Below are positions 43,366 through 52,128 of a stretch of DNA of 64,000 nucleotides, one piece after another. The stretch covers positions 25,277-89,276 of the forward strand of contig CAWEKC010000003.1 in the NCBI GenBank assembly GCA_963809665.1, in the 5' to 3' direction. Position numbers and translations under genes: made by a program. The DNA is from Candidatus Gottesmanbacteria bacterium (lineage in GTDB: Bacteria; Patescibacteriota; Microgenomatia; UBA10105; UBA927). Numbering within the stretch: position 1 is the first letter of the stretch; each line of letters opens with the position of its first letter. Under the pieces are notes generated by a model. The model saw only the letters and a program-made list of their open reading frames with translations. It was not told the DNA's origin and ran no database searches.

Positions 43366-43956
43366 CTGTTTTGTTTTATCTAATTCTTTGATCAGCCATG
43401 CTTTCAATTTGATATTACTTACTGTGATAGCGCAAACACCAAATTGAGATTTTTTCTTATACGACCCCTTTCCTTGAGGTGGTATGCTGACAATTGTACC
43501 AAATTTATCCGCGGAAATCCCGAGCTCTTTAGACCAGTATATTCGCACTGCCTCAGGATCAGTGTCATTGAACGTTACAATACTGTAATGTATTTTGTCG
43601 TTTTGAATCCCGCATATGATTTTCAGAAAGGATCGAAACGTTTTTATCATGGCGGGATCAGTATTCGAAATGCGAGTAGCGTAGGTAATTGCTTTTGTAC
43701 CTTCGCCCCAATACAGGCCGAGACCCAGATAAAAAAGATGTTGCTGTATTAAACTCAATCTCGATTTGATATGAAAAGGGTCACCATGAGGGTTTTCTTT
43801 AAGGTATGCAGCATCGCTGTGGCTTCTTCTCTCCAGCTGATATTTATCCATCCAATATTTGACCTTATGGACGGAACAATGCAGTATATCTGCAATATCC
43901 GTCATTGATTTTCCTGATTTATACTCTCGGGTAAGGAGGTTTTTAGTTATGGTCAT
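43351..43956 (-). CDS. HTH-containing protein with a degenerate LAGLIDADG-like motif (possible homing-endonuclease relic). Its 3' end overlaps the tRNA-Thr.
   Basis: FYLGLGLYWGEGTK resembles LAGLIDADG. N-terminal HTH (SMTDIADILHCSVHKVKYWM). Overlaps the tRNA by 15 nt. Confidence 0.35.
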   Translation of the reverse strand: MTITKNLLTREYKSGKSMTDIADILHCSVHKVKYWMDKYQLERRSHSDAAYLKENPHGDPFHIKSRLSLIQQHLFYLGLGLYWGEGTKAITYATRISNTDPAMIKTFRSFLKIICGIQNDKIHYSIVTFNDTDPEAVRIYWSKELGISADKFGTIVSIPPQGKGSYKKKSQFGVCAITVSNIKLKAWLIKELDKTKQAWIV

Positions 43957-44036
43957 GTTACATCTATGATAGTAATACCTTAAGGGTAATCGTTCAAGTG
44001 AATGATTTGGTATAATAACCCGACTATATTACTGTC

Positions 44037-44975
44037 ATGAAAAAAATATTGGTTACCGGGGCATTCGGACAAATCGGATCTGAACTTGTGCCTGCGCTCC
44101 AGAAATCATACGGCAAAAATAACGTCATCGCCGTAGGGCACCATCATATTCCGAAGGATTTTGACGGAATTGTTGAATCTGTAGAAATCACCGAAAAAAA
44201 TGCAGTAACGGCAATTTTAAAGAAACATAACGTCGGTACCGTCTACCACCTTGTGTCCCTTCTTTCGGCCAACGGAGAAATTGATCCGTCTCTCACATGG
44301 AATATTAATATGAACGGCCTTAAAACCGTACTGGATTATGCGGTGGAAAACAAACTGAAGGTCTTTTGGCCCAGTTCCATTGCCGTATTCGGTCCGACAA
44401 CTCCAAGAGTCAGAACCGCGCAGCGGACGATACTTGAACCAACGACGATGTACGGTGTAACAAAATTAGCCGGGGAAAATCTTGTGAATTATTATCACCT
44501 TAAATACGGTGTTGACGTGAGGAGTGTACGGTACCCCGGCCTTATCAGCTGGAAAACACCGCCCGGTGGGGGAACGACGGATTTTGCAGTCGCAATATTT
44601 TATGACGGGTTGCAAAAAGGTTCATACACATGCTTTGTCCGGCCGGACACGACGTTGCCGATGATGTATATGGATGACGGCATCCGCGCGACAATTGAGC
44701 TTATGGAAGTTGACCCCAAGAAACTAACGATTCACAACAGTTATAATCTTGCGGCTATCAGTTTTACAGCGGCGGAGCTTTCGCGCGAAATCAATAAGCA
44801 CATCAAGGTGCGCGTGACGTATAAACCGGATTTCCACCAGCAAATTGCCGATTCCTGGCCGCAGTCCATCGATGATACGCTGGCCCGCCGTGATTGGGGA
44901 TGGCGCCACGGGTATAATCTTGATAAAATGACACGCGTCATGATTAAAGAGCTGAAAAAGAAGTTTCATATATGA
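44037..44975 (+). CDS. tdh: NAD-dependent epimerase/dehydratase-fold L-threonine 3-dehydrogenase
   Basis: [16 protein letters not shown] Rossmann motif. Paired with and overlapping the downstream kbl. Confidence 0.6.
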   Translation: MKKILVTGAFGQIGSELVPALQKSYGKNNVIAVGHHHIPKDFDGIVESVEITEKNAVTAILKKHNVGTVYHLVSLLSANGEIDPSLTWNINMNGLKTVLDYAVENKLKVFWPSSIAVFGPTTPRVRTAQRTILEPTTMYGVTKLAGENLVNYYHLKYGVDVRSVRYPGLISWKTPPGGGTTDFAVAIFYDGLQKGSYTCFVRPDTTLPMMYMDDGIRATIELMEVDPKKLTIHNSYNLAAISFTAAELSREINKHIKVRVTYKPDFHQQIADSWPQSIDDTLARRDWGWRHGYNLDKMTRVMIKELKKKFHI

Positions 44976-46159
44976 ACGATCCGCTTGAACCGTATTACAA
45001 AACAATTATTGAGATGAAATCAAAAGGGTTATATACGACTCTTCGCGTTGTTGAATCCCCGCAGGGATCCTGGTTAAAAGTGAACGGTAAACGGGTACTA
45101 AATTTTTGCTCCAATAACTATTTGGGGTTTGCATCGGATAAGAGACTAGTGGACGCGGTCGTCCGGGCGGTGCACGAATACGGGGTCGGGCCCGGGGCGG
45201 TACGTACACTGTCGGGAAATCTCAGGCTTCATGTACAGGCAGAGGCGGAGATTGCCAATTTTAAAAAAGCTGAAGCGGCATTTCTTTTGCCCAGCGGATT
45301 CGTTGCCAACATCGTTGCCATACAAACGGTCATGGGTAAAGAAGATATCGTGGTTTCGGACGAACTGAATCACGCATCCATTATTGATGCCATTAAAATC
45401 GCCCAGATTAAAAATAAATTCATTTTTAAACACGGTGACATGAAAGACCTGGAGCGTGTACTAAAGGAAGCGAAGAAAATTCCGGGACATCATATCATCA
45501 TGATTGCAACGGACGGCGTATTTAGTATGGATGGCGATATTGCGCGCCTTCCGGCGATTGTGAAGCTGGCAAAAAAATACGGGGCTATCACAATGGTGGA
45601 CGATGCGCACGGTGAGGGGGTCTTAGGCGGGGGACGGGGCATCGTGCATCATTTTAATCTTCACGGAAAAGTGGATATAGAAGTAGGGACGTTTTCCAAG
45701 GCATTCGGCGTATTGGGCGGGGTCATTGCCGGTAAATCGGAGCTCATTGATTATTATAAGCAAAAAGCCCGTCCGTTTTTGTTTTCAACGGGCCTCACTG
45801 TTGCCGATACTGCGGCTATTATTGAGGCGATCAGAGTGCTGACAAAATCAAGCACACTGGTTAAGAAATTGTGGGATAATGCCCAATATCTTAAACGCGG
45901 ATTTAAGAAACTCGGGTTCGATACGGGCAGAAGCGAAACTCCTATTACTCCCGTTATGCTCGGGGATGAAAACCTTGCGAAAAATTTTTCCGCGAAACTT
46001 TTTGAAAACGGGGTGTTTGCTACGCCGATTAAATACCCCATGGTGGCATTAGGTAAAGCGCGTATACGTGTGATGCCCTCTGCAAGTCACTCGAAAAAAG
46101 ACCTCGATGTGGGACTTGCCGTCTTTGCCAAAGTTGGAAAAGAATTAGGCGTGCTGTAA
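44972..46159 (+). CDS. kbl: 2-amino-3-ketobutyrate CoA ligase (glycine C-acetyltransferase)
   Basis: PLP-dependent alpha-oxoamine synthase pattern ([14 protein letters not shown]...SMDGD...). Confidence 0.8.
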   Translation: MNDPLEPYYKTIIEMKSKGLYTTLRVVESPQGSWLKVNGKRVLNFCSNNYLGFASDKRLVDAVVRAVHEYGVGPGAVRTLSGNLRLHVQAEAEIANFKKAEAAFLLPSGFVANIVAIQTVMGKEDIVVSDELNHASIIDAIKIAQIKNKFIFKHGDMKDLERVLKEAKKIPGHHIIMIATDGVFSMDGDIARLPAIVKLAKKYGAITMVDDAHGEGVLGGGRGIVHHFNLHGKVDIEVGTFSKAFGVLGGVIAGKSELIDYYKQKARPFLFSTGLTVADTAAIIEAIRVLTKSSTLVKKLWDNAQYLKRGFKKLGFDTGRSETPITPVMLGDENLAKNFSAKLFENGVFATPIKYPMVALGKARIRVMPSASHSKKDLDVGLAVFAKVGKELGVL

Positions 46160-46168
46160 ACTGGGGGC

Positions 46169-47179
46169 ATGAGAAAAATTCTCCCGGGCATACTCATAGG
46201 TGTTGCGTTGACGGTTGGCGTGTATTTTGCAAGACAGGCGGCAATTTCGTATATTACTTCGCTGGCGACTGTCTCTCCGCTTTCAAAAATTCTTGAAAAA
46301 CCTCTGGAAAAATATTCGATCCTACGCCTCAGCGGAAGAACGTATACCGGAAGCCGGATTACGCTGGATCAACCCACGTCGACGACATCAGCATACACCG
46401 TGTACCCGTTTTATTTTGTCAGCGACGGAAAGAAGGTTACGGGTATTGCCCACCTGCCTGCGCAGGCAGGTATACCAAATGAAAATAAAAAATTTCCCGT
46501 TATAGTCCAATTTCGCGGATATGCAGATCGGGAATCTTATTTTCCCGGCCAGGGGACCGAGCCGAGCGCCGAGGTCTATGCAGCAAACGGATTTATATCG
46601 CTCGCCCCGGATTTTTTGGGATACGGCGGGAGCGATATGCCCTCGCCCGACGTATTTGAAGAACGGTTTGAAACATATACCACTGCATTAAATCTCATTG
46701 CATCGGTCGGTACGCTGCCGATGGCGGATCCCGTGAACGTGGGAATTTGGGGCCACAGCAACGGCGGACAAATAGCGCTTACTGTGTTGGAAATATTAGG
46801 AAGACCGGTGCCGGCCGTACTGTGGGCCCCGGTTTCCAAACCGTTCCCGTATTCTATTTTGTATTATACCGATGATGCAGATGATCACGGGAAATTATTG
46901 CGCCGTGAATTAGCCCAATTTGAGAGTCAGTATGATGCCGAAGCGTATTCGCTGACTAATTATTTAAACCGGATTACGGGTCCGCTGCAAATCCATCAGG
47001 GTTCGGCCGATACTGCGGTACCAATTGCGTGGAGCGATGCACTGGTGAAAAATCTGGAGGCAAGCAATAGTGCAGTGAATTATTTTACGTATCCCGGCGC
47101 GGACCATAACATGCGACCGGATGCATGGGGCTCTGTCGTTGCCCGCGACATTACATTCTTCGGAAAGTATCTCCCTTAA
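46169..47179 (+). CDS. Alpha/beta hydrolase (S9/dienelactone-hydrolase-like)
   Basis: N-terminal TM, GIWGHSNGGQIAL nucleophile elbow, ADH in the C-terminal region. Confidence 0.55.
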   Translation: MRKILPGILIGVALTVGVYFARQAAISYITSLATVSPLSKILEKPLEKYSILRLSGRTYTGSRITLDQPTSTTSAYTVYPFYFVSDGKKVTGIAHLPAQAGIPNENKKFPVIVQFRGYADRESYFPGQGTEPSAEVYAANGFISLAPDFLGYGGSDMPSPDVFEERFETYTTALNLIASVGTLPMADPVNVGIWGHSNGGQIALTVLEILGRPVPAVLWAPVSKPFPYSILYYTDDADDHGKLLRRELAQFESQYDAEAYSLTNYLNRITGPLQIHQGSADTAVPIAWSDALVKNLEASNSAVNYFTYPGADHNMRPDAWGSVVARDITFFGKYLP

Positions 47180-47679
47180 GGAGCAGGGAACAGGAACGTC
47201 GAACTGCAGGTTGAGGATGCTTTGAGATCATCCTTCAACGTGATATCCACGACTGTCGGTATATTGGGTGTAATTTCGATAGATGGCGTCGTACACCGGA
47301 ATGTCCCCCCGCCCCGCTGTGGTTTATCCGTCAGAGGACTGGAGGTGGTTTGAGTTGCGACGAGTTTGTTATCTACGGTTACGGTAAACGTACAGTCAAC
47401 TTTTGTGGCCGTAGAAATGTCGCCCCCCTCTACAGACAGATAATATTTTGGTAATCCGATGACTGGATTGTAATACTGCGTATCGCACCCAAGACCAGTA
47501 ATGGGGCCCGGCGTCGGAGTCGGGGTTGTCACGTCAGCTACCGGTGTCGGTGTTGCGGCGGGGGTTGCCGATTTGCCGCGCAGCAAATACCCGGCAACTA
47601 CGATGGCAATTAGTACAATGATACCGAGGACATAATATTGTTTTGTTCCCATTGACTGGGGTTGTTCTTGATTTTCCAT
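47176..47679 (-). CDS. Membrane-anchored or secreted hypothetical protein
   Basis: TM YYVLGIIVLIAIVVAGYLL, Thr/Pro-rich. Confidence 0.35.
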   Translation of the reverse strand: MENQEQPQSMGTKQYYVLGIIVLIAIVVAGYLLRGKSATPAATPTPVADVTTPTPTPGPITGLGCDTQYYNPVIGLPKYYLSVEGGDISTATKVDCTFTVTVDNKLVATQTTSSPLTDKPQRGGGTFRCTTPSIEITPNIPTVVDITLKDDLKASSTCSSTFLFPAP

Positions 47680-47770
47680 ATATGTGTAATATAAAAGTAT
47701 TTTTTCAGAATTGCAAGAGGGCAGTTTGCAACATCAATCAAATACTCTTATTTGCTATAATACGGGGTAT

Positions 47771-47855
47771 GTCAGGATGGCGGAGCGGTCAAACGCAACA
47801 GTCTGTAAAACTGTCGCCCTAACAGGCTACCCAGGTTCGAATCCTGGTCCTGACA
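47771..47855 (+). tRNA. trnY: tRNA-Tyr (anticodon GTA), class II with a long variable arm
   Basis: Acceptor GTCAGGA/TCCTGAC, anticodon loop CTGTAAA, T-arm CCAGG-TTCGAAT-CCTGG. TATAAT at 47756-47761 lies upstream. Confidence 0.75.
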
Positions 47856-47858
47856 CAT

Positions 47859-48173
47859 ATGAAAGCATTTTTAATCGGTGTTATTTTTCTCGTAATCGTC
47901 GGCGCCGGTGCGTATATAGGGTTGAAATATTTTTATACACCGCCGGCCGGATCGCAGACGTTTAAAACAGCTGTATTGACAAAAACAGGGACACTTCAGA
48001 AATCAACAATTGCGAAAAGCGATTTTACCCATGTTCTTGTGAGCACAGGTGAGTCTGTCGGTGTGGCATCCTATACGCTCAATTTAGATGATTACATCGG
48101 GAAGAAAGTTACCGTCACGGGACAATTTTCCGGCAACACACTCTACGCTGACAATATAACCGTTGTTCAATAA
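47859..48173 (+). CDS. Small membrane-anchored hypothetical protein
   Basis: MKAFLIGVIFLVIVGAGAYIGL TM segment. Confidence 0.35.
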   Translation: MKAFLIGVIFLVIVGAGAYIGLKYFYTPPAGSQTFKTAVLTKTGTLQKSTIAKSDFTHVLVSTGESVGVASYTLNLDDYIGKKVTVTGQFSGNTLYADNITVVQ

Positions 48174-48179
48174 ACCCCT

Positions 48180-48461
48180 ATGCTCTCCAGAGTTAGCTTG
48201 TATAACAAAATTAAACCCGCCGCGGGGAAGCTTCATGCAATCGGAAATACGACGCGGTTATCCATTCTCTATATATTAGTGCGGGAACCGATGGAATGTA
48301 ACCGGCTCAGCAGCAGATTGAAGATACCTGCAAGTCTTCTTTCACATCATCTAAAGCGGCTAGCCGAAACGGGGTGGCTGACAAAAACAAAGGTAGGGAA
48401 GTCAGTAACATATTATGTTGCGGATGATGCGGTGAAGGGCAATGGGCATGGTGCTTCGTAA
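48180..48461 (+). CDS. ArsR/SmtB family transcriptional regulator
   Basis: LHAIGNTTRLSILYILVREPMECNRLSSRLKIPASLLSHHLKRLAETGWL winged HTH. Confidence 0.7.
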   Translation: MLSRVSLYNKIKPAAGKLHAIGNTTRLSILYILVREPMECNRLSSRLKIPASLLSHHLKRLAETGWLTKTKVGKSVTYYVADDAVKGNGHGAS

Positions 48462-48466
48462 ATTCT

Positions 48467-48539
48467 TGAGCCCCCAGTCAGAATCGAACTGACATCAGCG
48501 GTTTACAAAACCGTCGCTCTGCCACTGAGCTATGGAGGC
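48467..48539 (-). tRNA. trnT: tRNA-Thr (anticodon TGT)
   Basis: Acceptor GCCTCCA/TGGGGGC, anticodon loop TTTGTAA, T-arm GTCAG-TTCGATT-CTGAC. Confidence 0.7.
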
Positions 48540-48814
48540 ACGAGGTCATTGTACCAAAAACAAACAGGGAACGGTAATGGACGGGGGTGTCAAGAAAAAG
48601 TTTCGCGGTTCAATTATTTCGCCCGGTGGCTTGAAGCATTTTTCCCGATCGAGTCAATCGGATGGACTGGTTCCAAAGCAACAGCAATGGAAACACTTGG
48701 TCCTGTTTCCCGCCGATTTGGCGGGATACCTCATTTGTGTTGAACTTGTAGAGAAAAATTAAACTTCAAGTTCTCACACGGGCATACTAATGGTAAATCG
48801 GCAAAAATGTATTG

Positions 48815-49483
48815 TCAAGTATGGGATATGCGCCGTATTTCCTTGACCTGATGTGACAGACCTTCAGGTGTATGTCCCTTATTAAGATGGACCGCATGGA
48901 GTTCGATCCGGTCCTCCGGCAGATGGGCGCGAAGTACAGCGGCTACGAATTGTTTTGCATATTTAGTCATTTCCGTCAGTTCACCCTCAACCCCATGCTG
49001 TTTATATATTGTATCCATTGACCCGCCTTCACCACCGGTAAAGTGTTTGGCTCCTCCGCAAACCTCTGTATGGAAGGCAAATTTAAATTTTGCCCGGGGG
49101 TTAACGCGGTGCATTGCGATTGCTAAATTCACCATTGCCTCACGGCGGATATTATCAGGCTGAACCACGCCGCCAGCCGAGGCGAATACGACATCTGCTT
49201 GAAATTCCTGTGCCGCTTTATGTGATTGCCGAAAATCCTCGCAAATAAATGCGATAGTACCAGCCTGCTTAATTGCTTCGAGTTCTTCCGGAGTTCCATC
49301 GGGAATCCGGGCATTATAGTTACCTTCTGACAGGGGTGTAACCATATTGCCTTCTGTGACGTCGACCTTGTGAGCTATGGCGCCCGGACGTACAAGATTT
49401 GCATCGTTACTATAGACCTTTTGCACAGCAAGGATCGCGATATTTAGTTCTTCCATCGGTTTCACAGGCACCTCCTTCATCAT
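48815..49483 (-). CDS. Beta-class carbonic anhydrase-like protein
   Basis: CEDFR (CxDxR) and HTEVCGG (HxxCGG) zinc-ligand motifs with the expected spacing. Confidence 0.5.
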   Translation of the reverse strand: MMKEVPVKPMEELNIAILAVQKVYSNDANLVRPGAIAHKVDVTEGNMVTPLSEGNYNARIPDGTPEELEAIKQAGTIAFICEDFRQSHKAAQEFQADVVFASAGGVVQPDNIRREAMVNLAIAMHRVNPRAKFKFAFHTEVCGGAKHFTGGEGGSMDTIYKQHGVEGELTEMTKYAKQFVAAVLRAHLPEDRIELHAVHLNKGHTPEGLSHQVKEIRRISHT

Positions 49484-49541
49484 AGGTAAAAATAAAAAAA
49501 CGACTATGTGTCGCCGCCAATACTATACCAAATAGTTGCGG

Positions 49542-50196
49542 TTATAGCAACGGAGAGGAAGGAAGAAGGATATTGAGAATTCCACTAATAACCGGCGAAA
49601 TTATCTTTATAATCGGTGCCGTTCCCCCGAAAATAGGGAACAGAAGGAAAATCAGGAAAATAATTCCGTATCGCTCAAGTCCATGCCATTCGCGCGCCTG
49701 CTCTTCGGGCAAAATTCCCTCGACTATTTTAAAACCGTCCAACGGATGTATAGGAACGAGATTAAAAATACCCAGCACCACATTCATAACGATAATTTGC
49801 TGAAGTAGCGCGCTAATGATCATGATGGTCAGGGATCCTGGAGCGGGGATTCGAAATAGTACCAGTAGAAGTATGGAGATTATAGTGGCCATAATCATAT
49901 TGGATACCGGTCCGGCGATTGAGATGAGCGCACTGTCACGGCGTGGATTTCTCAGGTTAAACGGGTCAAACTGCACGGGTTTCCCCCAGCCGAATCGTAC
50001 GAGGATGAGGAGGATTGTTCCTATAGGATCTAAATGAGCCAAAGGGTTTAAGGTCAACCGGCCCTGCAGACGCGGCGTAGGATCTCCCGAGACGCTCTGC
50101 AGCCCATGCATGGGAAAATTCATGAATATCTATGGCCACAATGAGCGCCACTAAGCCAAAAACGAAGTCAAGAAGGTTGAAAGACGTACCAAACAT
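49542..50196 (-). pseudogene. M50 (site-2 protease-like) zinc metallopeptidase disrupted by a +1 frameshift in a GGG run at about 50085
   Basis: The N-terminal fragment carries HEFSHAW (HExxH). The C-terminal fragment carries [15 protein letters not shown]. Removing one G from ctcGGGagatcct restores [24 protein letters not shown]. Confidence 0.6.
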
Positions 50197-50215
50197 ATGG
50201 TATAGTATAACCCTT

Positions 50216-50467
50216 ATGGCCTACCAATGCGAGATTTGCAGTAAGAAAACCATGGCCGGCCGGCAGCACACTCATCATACGGGAGTCGCCGGAGGTCAAT
50301 GGAAAAAGCGTGCGCAAACCACGTTCCGGCATTTCGCGCCGAATTTGCATTACGTTACGATGAAAATTGACGGCGTTGCTACCCGGGTACGTGCCTGTGC
50401 AAGCTGTATAAAACGTGTGCGTTTTGACCTTAAGAAAGCGACCGCTACAAAATCCGCTACCGCCTGA
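50216..50467 (+). CDS. rpmB: 50S ribosomal protein L28 (zinc-ribbon variant)
   Basis: MAYQCEICSKKT...FAPNLHYVTMKIDGVATRVRACASCIKR. Compare E. coli RRFLPNLH. Confidence 0.65.
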   Translation: MAYQCEICSKKTMAGRQHTHHTGVAGGQWKKRAQTTFRHFAPNLHYVTMKIDGVATRVRACASCIKRVRFDLKKATATKSATA

Positions 50468-50735
50468 GCGTTGACGGCGTTGGTTGGATACAGAAGTACT
50501 TTAGACAGCCATCCGAATCCCTTTTAAACGTCCACCCGCCTGAACAATCTTCAGCACGCGGCATTGGTGGAATTGCACACGTTAATCCTGCTTTGCTTCG
50601 GACGTCAAAGGTGAGACGGTTCATCGCGGATAGAACGACGACCAAAAGAATGAATGCGAGCGTCAGAAAGATTATAAAATTCCAGGACATGAGATCAGTT
50701 TTTCTACGACCTACCCGCACAATTCTTTTAGCCAT
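50457..50735 (-). CDS. Small single-TM hypothetical protein
   Basis: TM NFIIFLTLAFILLVVVLSA. Overlaps the rpmB end by 11 nt. Confidence 0.3.
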   Translation of the reverse strand: MAKRIVRVGRRKTDLMSWNFIIFLTLAFILLVVVLSAMNRLTFDVRSKAGLTCAIPPMPRAEDCSGGWTFKRDSDGCLKYFCIQPTPSTLRR

Positions 50736-50777
50736 ATTGCCTCCTTACTCCTACCGTAATGTCATAGACTTATGCTG

Positions 50778-51581
50778 TCAAGAGGGAAGATACGCAGTCC
50801 GGAATTGGGCAAATGGGACGGGTTTCTTGCCTTCCAACTGAACGGTAACCGGCTGTACATCAAAATCCAGAATTTTTAACCGTTTCCCGTTTACTTTCGT
50901 CCACAGCCCGGGCCAGGGATGGAATGCGCGAAACTTACGGTTGATTCGGTCTGATTCTTTTGGATCCATGATTTTTTCCCACGGTTCAAGTCCGTCATCC
51001 CGGGTAAGACGCCGCGCATATGGTTCTCCGTCATTCGGTTGTACTCTCCCTTTGTTTTTTCCGGAAAGAAACTCCGGAAGAACCGATACAAGCAGCTCTG
51101 CTCCGATAGTAAAAAGTTTAGTCCGAAGCGGGTCGGAAACATCAGTGTGTGCTATGGGTATCTTTTTTTGCGCGACGATGCGGCCCTGATCGAATTTTTC
51201 CGAAAGCGTTACAACGGTAACACCGATGTCTGTATCTCCCATCAAAATTGCCCAGGGGACAGGATCTCCTCCGCGCCATCTCGGCAGAAGCGAGGGGTGG
51301 ACATTTAATCCGCCGAAGCGGGCGCAGCGTATAAACTCAATGGGAATTTTTTCTCCGTAACTTGCGGTAATGAGAAGATCAACGCTCATCTCCGGCACCT
51401 CGGTGAATACGGGCACACGGAGGTTTCTCGCCCATGTTTCCACCGGTGTCGGAGTAACAACTTTATTTCTGCCGACAGGTTTTGGGGGTTGGGTAACGAC
51501 AGCTACTACGGTATCGAGTTTTTCTAATACCAGGACGGAATCCGATGTGGAACCGAAAAATAGGATATGTACGGGGTTCAT
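50778..51581 (-). CDS. fmt: Methionyl-tRNA formyltransferase
   Basis: LNVHPSLLPRWRGGDPV signature. Lies downstream of def. Confidence 0.85.
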   Translation of the reverse strand: MNPVHILFFGSTSDSVLVLEKLDTVVAVVTQPPKPVGRNKVVTPTPVETWARNLRVPVFTEVPEMSVDLLITASYGEKIPIEFIRCARFGGLNVHPSLLPRWRGGDPVPWAILMGDTDIGVTVVTLSEKFDQGRIVAQKKIPIAHTDVSDPLRTKLFTIGAELLVSVLPEFLSGKNKGRVQPNDGEPYARRLTRDDGLEPWEKIMDPKESDRINRKFRAFHPWPGLWTKVNGKRLKILDFDVQPVTVQLEGKKPVPFAQFRTAYLPS

Positions 51582-51582
51582 A

Positions 51583-52128
51583 CTATTTTAAATCTACTTC
51601 TTCCAGTATTTCTTTTCCGTCTTCATCTGTCTCGGATTGAAACAATTTGCCTTTTTGTTCCAGCACGCGTTGGACGAAGAGAACGCCGTTGGTATGGTCG
51701 GTTTCATGCTGGATGATGGTGGCCAGGAAGCCTGAAAATGAATCCGTGTGAACCACACCCGATTCATCCTGGTATTTTATCGTGAGTTTGGTTGCACGTT
51801 TCACACGCCCCCAGATTTTGGGGATAGAAAGGCATCCTTCCAGCTTATTATCGCGCTCCGGTACGCCTTCGGTAAGATCTTCCGACTTTGCAATAATTTC
51901 TGGATTGATGAATACGCGGATATCGCCTTTTTCCGTCGGGCGGGTGATAAATACACGCCATGATTCACCGATCTGAGGGGCTGCAAGTCCCACGCCTTTG
52001 GGATTTGTTGCCGCCCGGAGCGCGCTTTTCATGTTACGGATAAGGACTTCCAGTCGTTTGTCAAAAAATGTAACGGATCTGGCCGGTGTATTCAGTACCG
52101 GATTTGGGGTGGTGACAACGGATTTCAT
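51583..52128 (-). CDS. def: Peptide deformylase
   Basis: GLAAPQIG, EGCLSIP and HETDHTNG (HExxH) motifs. Confidence 0.9.
   Translation of the reverse strand: MKSVVTTPNPVLNTPARSVTFFDKRLEVLIRNMKSALRAATNPKGVGLAAPQIGESWRVFITRPTEKGDIRVFINPEIIAKSEDLTEGVPERDNKLEGCLSIPKIWGRVKRATKLTIKYQDESGVVHTDSFSGFLATIIQHETDHTNGVLFVQRVLEQKGKLFQSETDEDGKEILEEVDLK

Noticed and set aside
48532-48762. Short plus-strand ORFs overlapping tRNA-Thr and its flank
   Set aside because: They overlap a tRNA gene and are more likely non-coding promoter or leader sequence.
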